This document shows positions 1 through 12,800 of a DNA stretch of 64,000 nt, in pieces (within the stretch, counting starts at the first letter, position 1; every line of letters begins with the position of its first letter). Source of the stretch: Reclinomonas americana ATCC 50394. Its lineage: Eukaryota. Below the pieces are notes generated by a model. It was not told the DNA's origin. It did not search any database and saw only the letters and a list, made by a program, of their open reading frames with translations. A program made the position numbers and the translations under genes. Location: NCBI GenBank assembly GCA_048213135.1, contig PS015014.1, forward strand, positions 219,787-283,786, given 5' to 3'.

Positions 1-291
1 GCAGAAGCCGACGCTCGGTTGCAGATGGCCCGAGAGTTGGTCAGGAGGACGGTCGATCGCATTCTGGAGTTTGTGTGCGCCAACAAGAACCACCTACCAC
101 AACTAAAGGAGGACAAGGCGTGCTTCCCGTTCGAGGTCAGTGGTCGTGGGGCTGTTCGTGTCACTTGAATGTCGCAGAGTTCTCACTGCGGAGAGGGGAT
201 GCTGTTCCGCGTTTAGATTCGCGTGGGTGACCAGAGGGAAGGCCTGCTGCCGCGCGTCTTTGACATGTTTTTGCGACGCAATCCCGTCTAG
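1..291 (+). CDS. ATG101: 3' end of a probable autophagy protein ATG101 (HORMA domain); 5'-partial
   Basis: Frame 1 reads ...RILEFVCANKNHLPQLKEDKACFPFE, then a GT-AG intron (136-216), then IRVGDQREGLLPRVFDMFLRRNPV-TAG(291). This resembles the plant/protist ATG101 C-terminus (IIKFVNEKKDHIP...FPYEI...FxMF) as I recall it. Confidence 0.6.
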
Positions 292-300
292 CGACCGTGA

Positions 301-546
301 CCGAAACTTGTCTGTACAGTACAATTCTGTGTATGCATGAAATAGATCTACAGGTATTGCATGGTGGCAAGTCACAGCTTGGCGGCGGCGGCTGCAGTCT
401 CCCCAGTGTCCCCTGCGCCGTCGCGATCGAGATCCAAACTTGACTGTACAGTACATTGCGCGTTAGGTACACACGCGTAGATCTCTAGCACGGTGGCAAG
501 TCACAGCTTGGCGGCTGCTGCGGTCTCCTCAGTGTCGCCTGCGCCG
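301..546. repeat. Diverged tandem duplication (~120-130 bp) of the FSH1 gene's last codons, stop and 3' UTR
   Basis: 301-420 and ~434-546 share AAACTTG.CTGTACAGTACA, TAGATCT and GGTGGCAAGTCACAGCTTGGCGGC...CAGTGTC.CCTGCGCCG. Confidence 0.85.
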
Positions 547-999
547 CTGCCACTCGCGGCATCTTCTCGTATCAGCAGTTGATCCTCCGGTGGTACGAAC
601 TGAGCAACGCGAGTGAGAGGGTGTGAGATAGGGTGTGCACGACGACGACGACTCACTTGGTTGAGGAAGCGAACGAAATGCTTGACATCTTCACGGCCGG
701 AGGGGATGTAGTGACCGCCTTGATGTCTGAACAGCTGAGCTCCGACAAACGAGGCTGTGTGGTGATTGACATGCACGAGAGGTGAGTGCCTTTGCCGACA
801 TGAATACGCTCGCCGCGCACTTGCCTGCCAGCAGAGCGGAGCGCTCGGGTGAAATCGTCGTGTCGGTCTCGCCAGTGACATGCAACGACGGAATGTCGAT
901 GGGAGCCACTGGTGGATCGTCTCCGTCAGGCACAGAGGCTGCGACGGGATGTACAGAGGCATGTGAGCCGCAGCATGCATGCAGAGCGAGGCAGGACTT

Positions 1000-1045
<46 letters not shown>

Positions 1046-1727
1046 GATCAAACAAGTGTTTCAAGTCGTCGGCGCGTGGCGTAAACGCCGATGCAATAAT
1101 GGCAAAACGCAGACGTGTCAGCGGGCTGTCGATGCCACGACGCATGCGACGCACGCGGAATGCACACAGAAGTGCCGTCAGTGCAGCGCCCTGCGAGAAG
1201 CCGAGAATGCCATCGAACGGTCCCTGCATGCCAACAGAATGAGTTGTCTGCTGCTTTGCGATACAAAATGCAGAAAGCGCCGGCGACGCACATGATCGCG
1301 CATGTAATCCTCGACATGTGTCACTGTGCTCTCGATGGACTCGTACACGCGCCCCTCCGAGTGCACAATGAACCAGGTGCGCCGATCGCTCAGCACCTGC
1401 GTGGAACCATCTTCTCGTGCCACTTCGAACGGATCGAGAGCGTATGTTCCATCCAGGAATTCTGTGTGGGTGCGTGTGTGAGTGCCAGGGTCCAGTGCGT
1501 GTGTGTGTGTGTGTGTGTGCGACTATATAGCGTACGTACCGAGCTCGGCGAGCTTGCGGAGTGCCTCGCGGAGAGCTCCGGTGCGCGCACGAAAGGAGGC
1601 CGCATTCTGTCGGAAGCCTGTGTGTGCACGAGGGGAGATGCAGCGCGTGAGCATCAAAGAGGGCCAGTAGTACGGAAGGAGTAGTGTGGAGCGTACCATG
1701 CAGACAGAGGATTCGCAGAGGCGGCAT
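501..1727 (-). CDS. FSH1/OVCA2-family serine hydrolase with C-terminal PTS1-like AKL; multi-exon
   Basis: Spliced motifs: MPPLRILCLHG|FRQNAASF, GPFDGILGFSQGAAL (nucleophile GxSxG), IPSLHVTGETD, HQGGHYIP; ends AAAAKL-TGA. Confidence 0.92.
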
Positions 1728-1910
1728 GATGAGATCAAGAAGCTCTCCTGTCTGCTCTATCTGAAGTCCGCTCGCCGATATCAACTCCGTCCAAACAAGA
1801 CAAGCAAAGGTATTCATTGAGATAGTAAACAACGGCATTGTGGTATAAGACTCGTGGCTTCTCCTTCCTACACCTTCGGCACCGAGGCACCTGCACTGCA
1901 AGTGTGAGCA

Positions 1911-3543
1911 TCACACTTCCCGATCGGTACCGCGCCAGCACTGCCTCTCACCAAATGCCGGGTACGCCGAAGGAGCCATCACTGGGGCCGACGGAAGCGG
2001 TGCGTAGCCGGCTGGAAGGGGCATGCCATTTGGCGCCGTGGCATGCGCACGCGCGGGCACGACTCCCGAGGCGCCGTACGGAGGCGGCGGGGCGTACAGG
2101 GGCACTTGGTGCGCGTGATGATGCGGCTCGTGCTGTGGCACCATGGCCATCTGGCCCGCTTCCGGGAAACCGTACATGTATCCCACCGGCTGCCGCACGG
2201 CAATGTTTAGAAGTAGCAGCGGCAGGCGACAACACGAAACACACGCAAGGGGAGATGAGCAATAACCTGCTGGACCTGTGGAGAGGGGGAAAAGTGAGCA
2301 TGGAAATCCCAGCAAAGGCCTTGGTACGGAAACACAAACCACAATGAGCGTCGGCTGAGCATCACGTGCGGCGACGAGCTCGCGCACACGCTTTTTCTGT
2401 GAGTGACAGCGACGACAACATGAGCGACAAGGTACTCAAGTACATGATTCACCAGACACTACCCACCTTGATCTCGCGGGCCAGCTACTCCACCGAGTGA
2501 ACATACGAGTGAGATGGCCACAGTGCCTGAAGCTAGAAAAGGAGCAACGATCCTCTGACGCACCTGGCATGTGCTGCACGGCTGCCGCGCGAGAAGGAGG
2601 TCAGCACACAGACATGCCTCAACAGTATAAAAGAAGGTGCTGCACTCACCCAGCACCAACAAGCAATGCAGCAGTCGCCTGCCACAACGACAGTCAGCCA
2701 CACGCCAAAAAAACAACACAAAGAAAGAGCACGGAGAACATCGTCACACCAACAGAATCCTCTTGATCTGCGTGGAACAAGGACGGTGAGGGAATCAAGC
2801 AGACTGCGTGTGACGTGCAACAGCAGCTCAATTGACGCAACAGTTCAGCACACGGCGCAGCTTCTGCCGGTTCACATAATCGAAGAACGTGTGTGCAATG
2901 CCACCGACCTTTTAACAACAAAATAGTCAGTTGCACTCGGGCCAACTGAACGCTGCCACGTGGCTAGGCGACGCAACGAGGTACGGGGCGATGCACACCA
3001 AGCTGGTGCGTAGCAAAAGAAGTCAGCACAGTGGAAGCAGCAAAGCACAGAGGCGACTCAACATGTCCATGTCCTCCTGGAAGATGATGATATTGTGAGT
3101 GAGAGAGAGAGAGAGAGATAGAATACAAACGCGCGCGCACACACACCTTGCCAGCAAGCCAACCCGTGTTCTGTGCCTGTGTAGGAGAGCGACATACCAT
3201 CAAGTGAGAGACACGCCACACACAAAGAAAGAAAGTGCGTCGTTTCGTGCCTGCTGGATGCCGGGGCACCAAAAGGTCATGCAGCACGACTGCGTGCGTG
3301 CGTGTGCAAGTCAGTACCACACACGTACACAGCGCGCCGTAACAGCCAACGCAACAGGCATGTCGTCGAAGCAGCCAAACAAGCCTGCGTCGCAAGTGAG
3401 TTAGTCGCAGTGTGCGCTTCAACGGAGACACGCACGCACAGCGTACCTTCTTCAATGGTGCCTGTCGGCGGTCCACGAGGCTGCTGCTGCACTATCATGG
3501 GCATGGTGCCCATCTGGACGGCTTGTGCGTACGCGCCGGCCAT
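1911..3543 (-). CDS. PLAC8/cornifelin-family Cys-rich protein with a Pro-rich tail; many tiny exons
   Basis: Spliced: GLFGCFDDMP|SCCMTFWCPGIQQ|AQNTGWLAGK|EDMDI|LVCIAPYL|...NRQKLRRVLNY|QEDSVG|DCCIACWCW|PCSTCQ|LAREIK, matching both halves of the PLAC8 motif. Confidence 0.85.
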
Positions 3544-3865
3544 CCCAAACGATGAAGGAAGGACGGGATGATGAAGGACACAGGAAGCGACGTCGATGAG
3601 CTTCGCTCTGCCTCGTCTTCCTCCTCGGTTTCATGCCGAGGGTCCAAGTGGAAGGGCAGATGGCGCAGTGCCCACAAAGTTGTCGCTCGGGGGTGCGATA
3701 CGGCGCACGAGGCTCCTCCTTTTGTGGTTTTGACCGACGTAGACGGTTTAGAGAGCCCATGGGGTTGCTGCTCGGGTATGATACCAAGGCGTGTCGATGA
3801 TCTGCCCCTTCTTCGGCCCCTCTCTCCCTCCCCACGAAGTAGAACAGTAGTTATTCATTAACATA

Positions 3866-6800
3866 TTACAATTGACTGGCATTGCTGCGAGCGGCTGGAC
3901 CCGTCAGGAGTCTCATGGCATACGCGTCGGGCTGTGCACGAAGAGTCACTACCGCGCCCCTCGAAGAAGTCGTGCATTCAAAAACACGAAAGAGACTTAC
4001 CGAGGAGGCATCGCTGCTCCTCTGCTGTTGTCGACTTTGTGACTGAGAGCTGGAGCTCGACACGGCAGAGCCCTTTAACTTCCACAGTCGGTACAGGCGT
4101 ATGGCTCGTTGTCCGAGGCGCACACAGAGAGGAACCACCACACTCGCAAACCCGATGCTAAACACCACGATACCTGCGTCACACCATAAATCAGTCGGCA
4201 GGCTCGCGAACAGCAGTGATGAAGAGAGAGGAAAAAAAGACGCAACGGGAAATGGAAAAGCCCGAGTCGGTGGTCAGCGACGTCGACGGTCCAACAAGCA
4301 GCGACAGCAGCACCAGGAACAAGAGGGAGATGCCCTCTAGCACATTGTCGATGTACCGACGGTAGGGCAGGAATACGAGGTGCACGACGAGGAATCCCAG
4401 CTGCCCGCATGCAGTACCGTCAGCAACCCGCAACAAGTACACACTGAGTGCCGCAGTCCGCAACAGTTGTCAACCACAGCGCAAAGTGCAGGTTATCGAG
4501 GTTGGATTGTCGAGCCAAGACGAAGAATACAAGGGCCAGCACGACACGCTGCACAAGCACCACGTGAGCCAGTCGCTCCCATGTGACACGCGCGTGATTA
4601 CAAACCCGACTAAGTGCAACGGCTTCCCAGAAGTATAGATGCCGCTTGTAGATGGCCACCAGTCCTCCGTATCGTTTCCACAGACCGCGGTATTTTCTGG
4701 CGCTCTGCAAACACAAAACACACATGAGTAAAGCTGCGCCAGTTTTGTTCGCGCACACACGGCGTCACCGTGCGCACCGACTCGTCGCCCTTTCTGCCTC
4801 GCCGTGCATCACAACATGAGTGCATCATTCACACCGCCACGCACTCGCACACACACACACGAGAGACACGTACCGATCGCCAGTGGATGTTCCCTCGTCT
4901 GGGTGCAACCCAAGTGGTGCAATGACGGAGAGCAGTCCTTGCCGTCGCTGCCACCAGAGCAGGAAAGCAACTCCGATGGGGCACGCAAACAGGAGTGCCG
5001 CCATGATGACTGCAACCGCGAGTGAGCGAAAACTATCTTACTGAGCGAGATACGCTGCGGTCACCAAACTGAAAAAGGGCTCCCACTCGTCGTAAACGTT
5101 GCAAGTGCCGACAGAGTCTACGCATGCCCGACAGTTGAGTGCTGTTGTGTGTGGCCATGAGGGGGGGAAGCATGCATGCGAATCACTCACCACTTGGGCA
5201 TCCGCTGCACTGCAGCGACGGCACCAACACATTGAAGGTGCCGAGATCGCCAACCGAGATGCAGTTGAAGTACGAAGTAAACGAGTACACCAGCGACCAG
5301 TAGATGCCGATAAAAATCAGCGTCGATGATCGCAAGTAGAATTTGACAGTGGCCCACTGAGCAAAGGCCAGGAATGCACGCGATGTCGAGTGCTGCATGA
5401 TCCACAGACGTCAGCAAACTGCCACGCCTCTCTCTCTCACACACACACTCTCTTTCTCACCTTCTTCCAGCAACATGCAATCAGGAGAACCGAGAGTCGA
5501 TGAAGGCCGTAGATTATCCACAGCGAGATCATGTACAACAGCGGCTTGAGTGCCTGAGTCATGACTTCGCCGAAGCCGCCGGCGTCGAAGGGACACACGC
5601 TGGAGACGGTGAGCCAGCGGAAATTGAAGACATCAGTAAGCTGACTGATGCTGGTCGACGGGTAGAACACCAGTCCCGCCGTCTGCACGTAGAACAGCAT
5701 GATGCGGACCTCTGCATTGACCGAGCCCTGCGGTTCATGAAAATAGTGATGAGAGACATTATGAGAAGAAGAGAGTGTGGCTCCGGTACTCACTTGCGAC
5801 AGAACGTGCAGCACAAAGGTGGCGATAAAGATCTCGGCCAACAGCTGCACAATGACACCACCATTCACCGAACCCGCCTCACATGCGAGACACTGGTGCA
5901 ACGACAAGCACATGAGGCGCACATCGTAGAGACAAACACACACGGCACGTGATGTACACACCTCGTGATTCCACTCAGCATATCCGGCAACGCACTGGCC
6001 ACACAGCACCGAACTGCCGTCTCGATTCAGACCGGGCTGGCACAGACCAGAGCCAGTCGGGATATACGATGGTGGAGTTGCGGGCGACGGAGGGACTGAT
6101 CGCGTGGTCATGCCCCCGCCAGACGCAGTTGCAGGAGAGGACGAAGTCGTGACGGAAAACGGGCGGAAAGCACCGCCACCAGCGGGAGAGGCGCAAAAGT
6201 TGAACGGGCAAAGCGCCGGAGTAATCATGCCGTTCGAAGTTACCGCTGTGTGAGCGTTGCGTAAGAAGGATGGCAACCGCGCAAAAGGCTGATGTGTGCA
6301 ACTTTGACTCACTTCTCTGTCTCACTCTCTCCTCTCGCTCTTACTCTCTCGCTCTCCCCCTTCTCTTTCCCTTCTCGCTCTCTTCCCTTTCCCCGTCTCC
6401 CTCCTCTCGCATTACCTGGCCAAAAATTGCTGAGAATCTCCACACTGTCGCCGCCGTTGCACTCAAGGAAGGAGCTGCATGTCAGACACCCGTTGAGTGC
6501 GGTGACGACGCTGTATGTTTGCACCGAGCATCCTATGCAGACGCCGTTGACTGGATCGAAGCCGAAACCGGCAGCGCACGCCATCACCGACACGGGGAGG
6601 ACGAGAGGATCGTTGCCGAGGTTGGGCGAGCTTTTTTTTTTTTTGGTTCGCGATAACAAGGTAGTGAGGCAGATGAACAACATAGGCGGTGCACAAACAC
6701 GCACACAACGCGGAGAAAAGTGATCACCTGAACTGCAAGGTGGTGTTGCCCATCGTGCCGTAGATGCGAGTGCTCACGGACGTGGTGCCGCTGGTGGTCG

Positions 6801-9800
6801 CCAACAGAAGGCCGTCATCGGTACAATTGGCGCACGTCAGCTCCACTGGAAACTCCCACAGGGTCTGCATGAGGCTGTCCTTGACGTCGTACACCCCGAT
6901 CGTCAAGTTGGCGATATGTTCACCCAACATGGTCGCTGCGAGGGGTGAAGGTCAGACAGCAACCAACAGGGGCAACGACACGAGCGCACGGCGCAACTGA
7001 TGTTCGTCTGCGACGCGCGCAGGCGATACGGTGCACTGGCCATGTGAGCACCAAACATGGCCTGGTCGTCGGCAAAAGTCACTTGGCACGGTGATGTAAT
7101 CGTCGAGCCACAGTCGTATATCAGCGTGTCGTCGCCCACTGCAATGAGCGCAGAGTGAACAAACACATCCCGAAGCTCATGGCCACGGAATGCAATAGCA
7201 CAAACGAACCTGAGTCGTGCATCGGCTCGTCAAACACCAGCGAGCAGCTGCGGTGCAGGGAGACCAGCTGATAAAACGGTGCATCCCAGTACATGCCTCC
7301 ACCGGCTCCGTATGACAGCGGATCACCCTCAGCAGTGGCGATATTATCGGAAAATGTGCTCTGCGGTGCACAACAACAACAACAACAACAAAATTCAGTG
7401 ACTTTCGCTTGTGCGTGGGGAGTGAGTGAGCGACGTCGCAGCGCAACAGTTCCCTCAAACAACACGCCACAGTCAACAAACAGCATGTTCTCATCTTCCG
7501 GCGGTGTGACATACACGGCGCCGCCGAGCAATGCTGTGTTGTTGCTGAAGACGACAGACTGGAGCAGCGGCGATGTGACACCTTGCGGAGCGAGCTGAAC
7601 ACTCATGGCTCCGCCGTTGCCCTCAGCCGAGTTGTTCTCCAGCACCGAGTTGGACATCACAACGGTGGCACCGGACGTGACCCACATTCCGCCGCCATTC
7701 TCGTACGCTAAATTGTTGCCGATATATGTCGACACAATCGTAGTGACCGAGTTGTCGTCACACATGACGCCGGCGCCGCGCGACGCAGAGCCACCTTGCA
7801 GAAAGAAAGCGTTAACAACTTCGTCTACTGTGGAGAGAGGTGCGTGCCATCACGATGCAGAACTCACCTACAATCCGGCACTGATACAAGGAACTCACTG
7901 CCGAGTCGTCCAGATGGACATGACCGCCGGCGCCGACGTCCGACAGGATGCCGGCATTGGCAGTCGGCGATCGATAAACGAGGTTATTCTCAAAATTGGT
8001 CGATTGTACGTTCAAGGTGGCATTGATGTCGGCGTACAGGCAGCCGCCCTTGTAGGCTCGATTGACTCGCCCCTCTCCATTCACCAGGCTCACTTGAGCG
8101 AGATCTCGCGCACTCACAGCTGTACGCACGCACGCACCGCATGAGTAACACGAGAACAGAATCCGAAGTGCAAACACCTCGTCACGTACCACCGCCACTG
8201 AACGCCGTGTTGTTGACAAACGAAAAGTTGTTGGCACTGAAACTGGCTTTCTGAGTCAGAGAAACAGCACCGCCTGCCACCGCAGCTTGGTTGTGCTGCA
8301 TGATAATGTTGGTGCCGACGAACGATGCGCCGTCCTCGAGGTAAATGGCGCCACCACCGCAAGCAAACGCGTTATTGTACAGAAAGTGGACGGTGTTGGC
8401 CGAGATCGTTGGTGTCAGCGAGCCCGACAGACCAGCACCGAACGAGGCCGAACCTCGCAGAAAGTCCACCGACGACAGCACCAGGTGAGTACCGACGAAT
8501 GCCACACCGCCACCCGACACAGCAGACACGTTGCTGTCGAATACCGACTGCGTCACCGACGCAGCACTGCCACTAATTGACTGAGCACACACAATCACAC
8601 AATCACACATGAGAGGTAATTACAACAATCCACAAAGGAATCGCAAGAAATCTCACCACTGCTCCTCCGGCGACCTGTGCCGCATTATTGACAAACACAG
8701 ACTGTGTAACAGAGATGGACGGACTTTGCGTGTCCACGTGGACACAACCGCCATTCAGCGTCGCCACGTTCCCGGTGCACAACATACCGAGAACGGTGAC
8801 GAGGCTGGAGAGTCACACAAGCGAACAAAAGTTAGTAAGCAGGAGACACACACTGATCGCTGGCCACAACATCTCACCCAGCGCCATACAAGCCACCTCC
8901 GTTTCCGGCCGAGTTGAGGCCAAACGTTGTGTTGGAGACGGTGAGCTGCGTCAGCACATCCGAGTACATGGCACCGCCGTTGTCCGCCAGATTGGACGTG
9001 AACGTGCAGTTGGCGACATTGGTCACTTGCGCGGTGACGTCCACAGCGCCGCCGGTACCTGTTGTACCGGAATGGTGTGAGCTCCTGCTGCGGATCACAC
9101 AAAACACCACGCGCACGCATGGGGACTCACTGCTCTCCGCCTCGGTGCTCTGGTATTGATTGTACTCAAAGAAGCTGCTCGTCAGCGTCAGCGCCGTGGT
9201 ACCAAACAGCGCAAATGATGATGACGACTATGTGCGAAAAAATGCGATGAGCACGCAAGAGTGGAGTGTCTGTTCACCGCTGCAAGCTGATCACGCAACT
9301 GAAAGGACAAGCATGGCACCGCCGCCGAGTACAAATGACGAGTCGACAGGAGGATCTTTCACGGAGAATGATGCAGAGTTGTAAAGCATGCTTGTCCGTG
9401 TGACAGTCACGTTGAGCTGAGGCACACAATGAGAGGACAAACGACAGTGGCCACAGCTTCCTGTCGACGAGCAGCACGTACCGTAGGTGTATCCGACGTG
9501 GGACTGACTACACACATGGCACCGCCTCCGACCTGCGACACGTGTACGATGCAGTGAGGAGCCATGATATCAACAGCCGACAAGACAAAATCAGACTGTC
9601 GCCGTGCACCGTAAACGATCCGGCAGCTCGATCAGGCACAAAGTACGAGATGCGATTGTTCACGAACGACGAGTCCGTCGAGCTGACCACCAGTGTGGAA
9701 AGCGCAGGCGACGCCACCGAAGCTGTCACATGTACACGCACGTGTGAGTTTTTTTGCGACTCAACCACATCAAAAGCAGCACGACTCGCACCGTACAGAG

Positions 9801-12800
9801 CACCGCCACCCACGACGACACGAGGCGAGTTGGCAATCAACTGGGCCCCCTTGGTGTCACCCGACTGGTTGCTGGCAAATGTGCTGTTGCTTACGTTGAC
9901 GTTGAGTGTGGCCAGTCCGAATCCGTGCGTGGCCAGCATGTATGTCGCACCGCCGCCGAGGAACACATTGGCGCCACTGCTGAAGCCTCTCAAGACGTTG
10001 CCAGTGAAGCGCGACGACGAAATCGTCTGTGTGCGACAGGAGTCAGAAGGCCACCAAAACACAGTGCATGCACTGGGGTGAGACACGTACGATTGCCGCG
10101 GCCGCAGGCGGGTAGACAGCGGCGTCCGAGGTGAACGAAGAAGGAAGCGGCGCAGAGCTTGTGACGAGAAACAGGACGCCGCCACCGCCGCCATAGCTGG
10201 TGATGCCGGTGGACGAGCCGCCACCCACCGACGCCAGATTGTCGTCCACAGTACAGTTCTGCATACGTCCATTGAGAGTGGACTGACCGTAATCGCTTCC
10301 TCTACGCACGACGAAAAAAAGTAAGCGCGAGCTGGCGACAATGACTCAAACGGATGCTGAGTTTCGCAACGAATTGACAAACGCCATGCCGCCGCCATTG
10401 ACGTTACTGCCAGAGGGTGGAAATGAGCAGCGAAAAAAACATACACAGTCCTCTGCTGCGTGACAACGAACCTGCCCGCAGCCAAGTTGTCCTGCACATT
10501 TGCCGTGTTGTTGTGCCCGCGCACACTGTACATGCCCATTTCAAGACTGGCGCTTGCGGGGCTCTGCGATGGCACACAGTGGGCAACTCTTGAAGGCACA
10601 GCACGTCATCACTGAGACACAGAGAGGATAAACCTTGCAGTTGACATAGAGTCCACCACCTGCACAACACGTCAACAATGGGGTCGTGAAAAATAGTGAC
10701 AAGCACAGCAGTGCGCCAATCGCAAAACCCACCACCGAGCTCGTTGGCACCCACTGAATTATCGTTGTCGCTGCTGTTGCCCACAATTGCAGCGTTGTAT
10801 GACGACCGCACGACATTGTTCTCAAAGCTCGATCGATAGAGGTTAATGACGAGGAACGAGGCCAGCGTTGACGTGGCTTGGACAGATGGTCCACGAGCAA
10901 AGGCATAGATCTGCAAAGCGGTAGTGAGCTCATACTCAACGACAGGTTGCAGTGCTAACAGCACTGATCACAGAAGGAAGGAACGAAACTGCACCACCGC
11001 CATTTTGATTGATGCCGCCAAGTGTGTTAGCCAGATTGTAGTTGGTGTTCAGCAGATTGTCCATAAAGTACGAGTCGCTGACCGACAGAGTCACATTCGT
11101 CCGCGTTGATGAGCTGGTGCAGAGCACATACAGCGCAGCACCTGCACCACAACAACAAGGGTGTTCAGTGAGAAACACTTCTGGTGGCAAATAACGGCGC
11201 ACACGAGACCGCGATTGCGCGCATCGTACAGACCGCCATTGGCGTTGGCGCTCGGACTGCCAGTGGCAGTGTTATTGTTGGCAATCACACTGTTGCCGGT
11301 GAAAGTAGAGTTGCGAATGTCGCACGAGGCCACCGAGTCGACAAGCGCCGTCGGAGATGCAGAAGGCATTGAGAATGTGTTGATGTACACCGCGCCGCCG
11401 CCGTTTGTGTTTCCATTTGACTGCGATAGAGTGGCGTCGAGCTTGTTGTTGGCAAAGGTGCTGTTCGACAGAGTGGTATTGGTGGTGCCCATGGCACCGC
11501 CTCCCAGAATGTACAGTGCTCCACCTACGGTGCTCGACGTGTGAGAGCCAGGAGATCACTGAGCGCCCCAAAGCATGACACACACACACACACACACACC
11601 ATTCAGGTTGCCCAATGGAGCAATATTGCTCGAGGCAGTCACGACGTTATCTGTGAACTGCGAATTGGTCACTCTCGTTAGCACGGCGATGTTTCCGCCA
11701 GCACCGAGCGCCAACACCGCCGATCCTGCACACAGACGCGCAAAGACATTTTAAAAAAGAGCCCGCTGTTGAAGGGTGCACCGCACACTATGCCCATCAC
11801 ATACCACCTGTGCGAAGTCACGAAAAACAACGCGTGAACAATGTGGAGAGAAGAATGGGCACGAAAATGCTACCTGACTCACCGTTTTGATTGAATGACG
11901 CAGACGAACAATTGTCGACGGCGGCACGGTTGCCTACGAATTGCGTACTATCTATGTTCACACTCAACACCGTGGTGCCGCCGGCCACGGACAGAAAGCC
12001 GACAGCCACGATATTCATGGCACCACCTGCGTGGGCGACAGAGACAACGATCCATGAGCATCGTACTGTCTATCCTGTTAGTAACTAGCAAGGAAGCGTT
12101 GTCACCACACCTCCCGAGTTATTGCCGTCCAGAATCGACGAGCTGGGAGTGATGGCTCCCTTCGACGTCATCGTATTCCACGCAAACACGCAGTCACGAA
12201 CATCAATTGTAATATATGCATTGGGCAGCGCATTGGAAGAGGCCGTCGGCGGTAGCGACGCGTACAGAAAGAGACCACCGCCTGTCAACCACCGCACGTG
12301 AGCGACAGTAAGCAACAAGCCTGGAAAAGCTGTCTTGGCAACACAAACCTCCGTTTGAGTTTCCCAATGCCGCATAGGAGTTGTCCGCAGCCGCAGTGCA
12401 ATTGGCCACCATCGACGACAGCGCAGTGAAAGTGACCGTGGCATTAGTGAGGCCAAGCACAGTGAGCGACATGGCGCCGCCACCTGTGCAGATACAATCA
12501 GCACCATGCAACTGAATCAGCAGGCAAATGAGGACGAGGCACCGTTAAAGTTGGACGAGCTCGGGCCGATGGCACTGTTGTTGTAGGCGTAGAATTGTCC
12601 ACCGATGATGGTGACATTGTTGAATATTGTCGTGCATGTCGATGTGCCAGTACCGTATACCAACATAAACATCGATCCACCTACAGACAACCACACGTCA
12701 TGCGGACACGCAAACAATAATATCATCCAACATAACGCGGAGTTACCATTCGCGTTGCCGACTGCTGGATTCAGCGTAATCACCACATTCTCTTGTGCCG

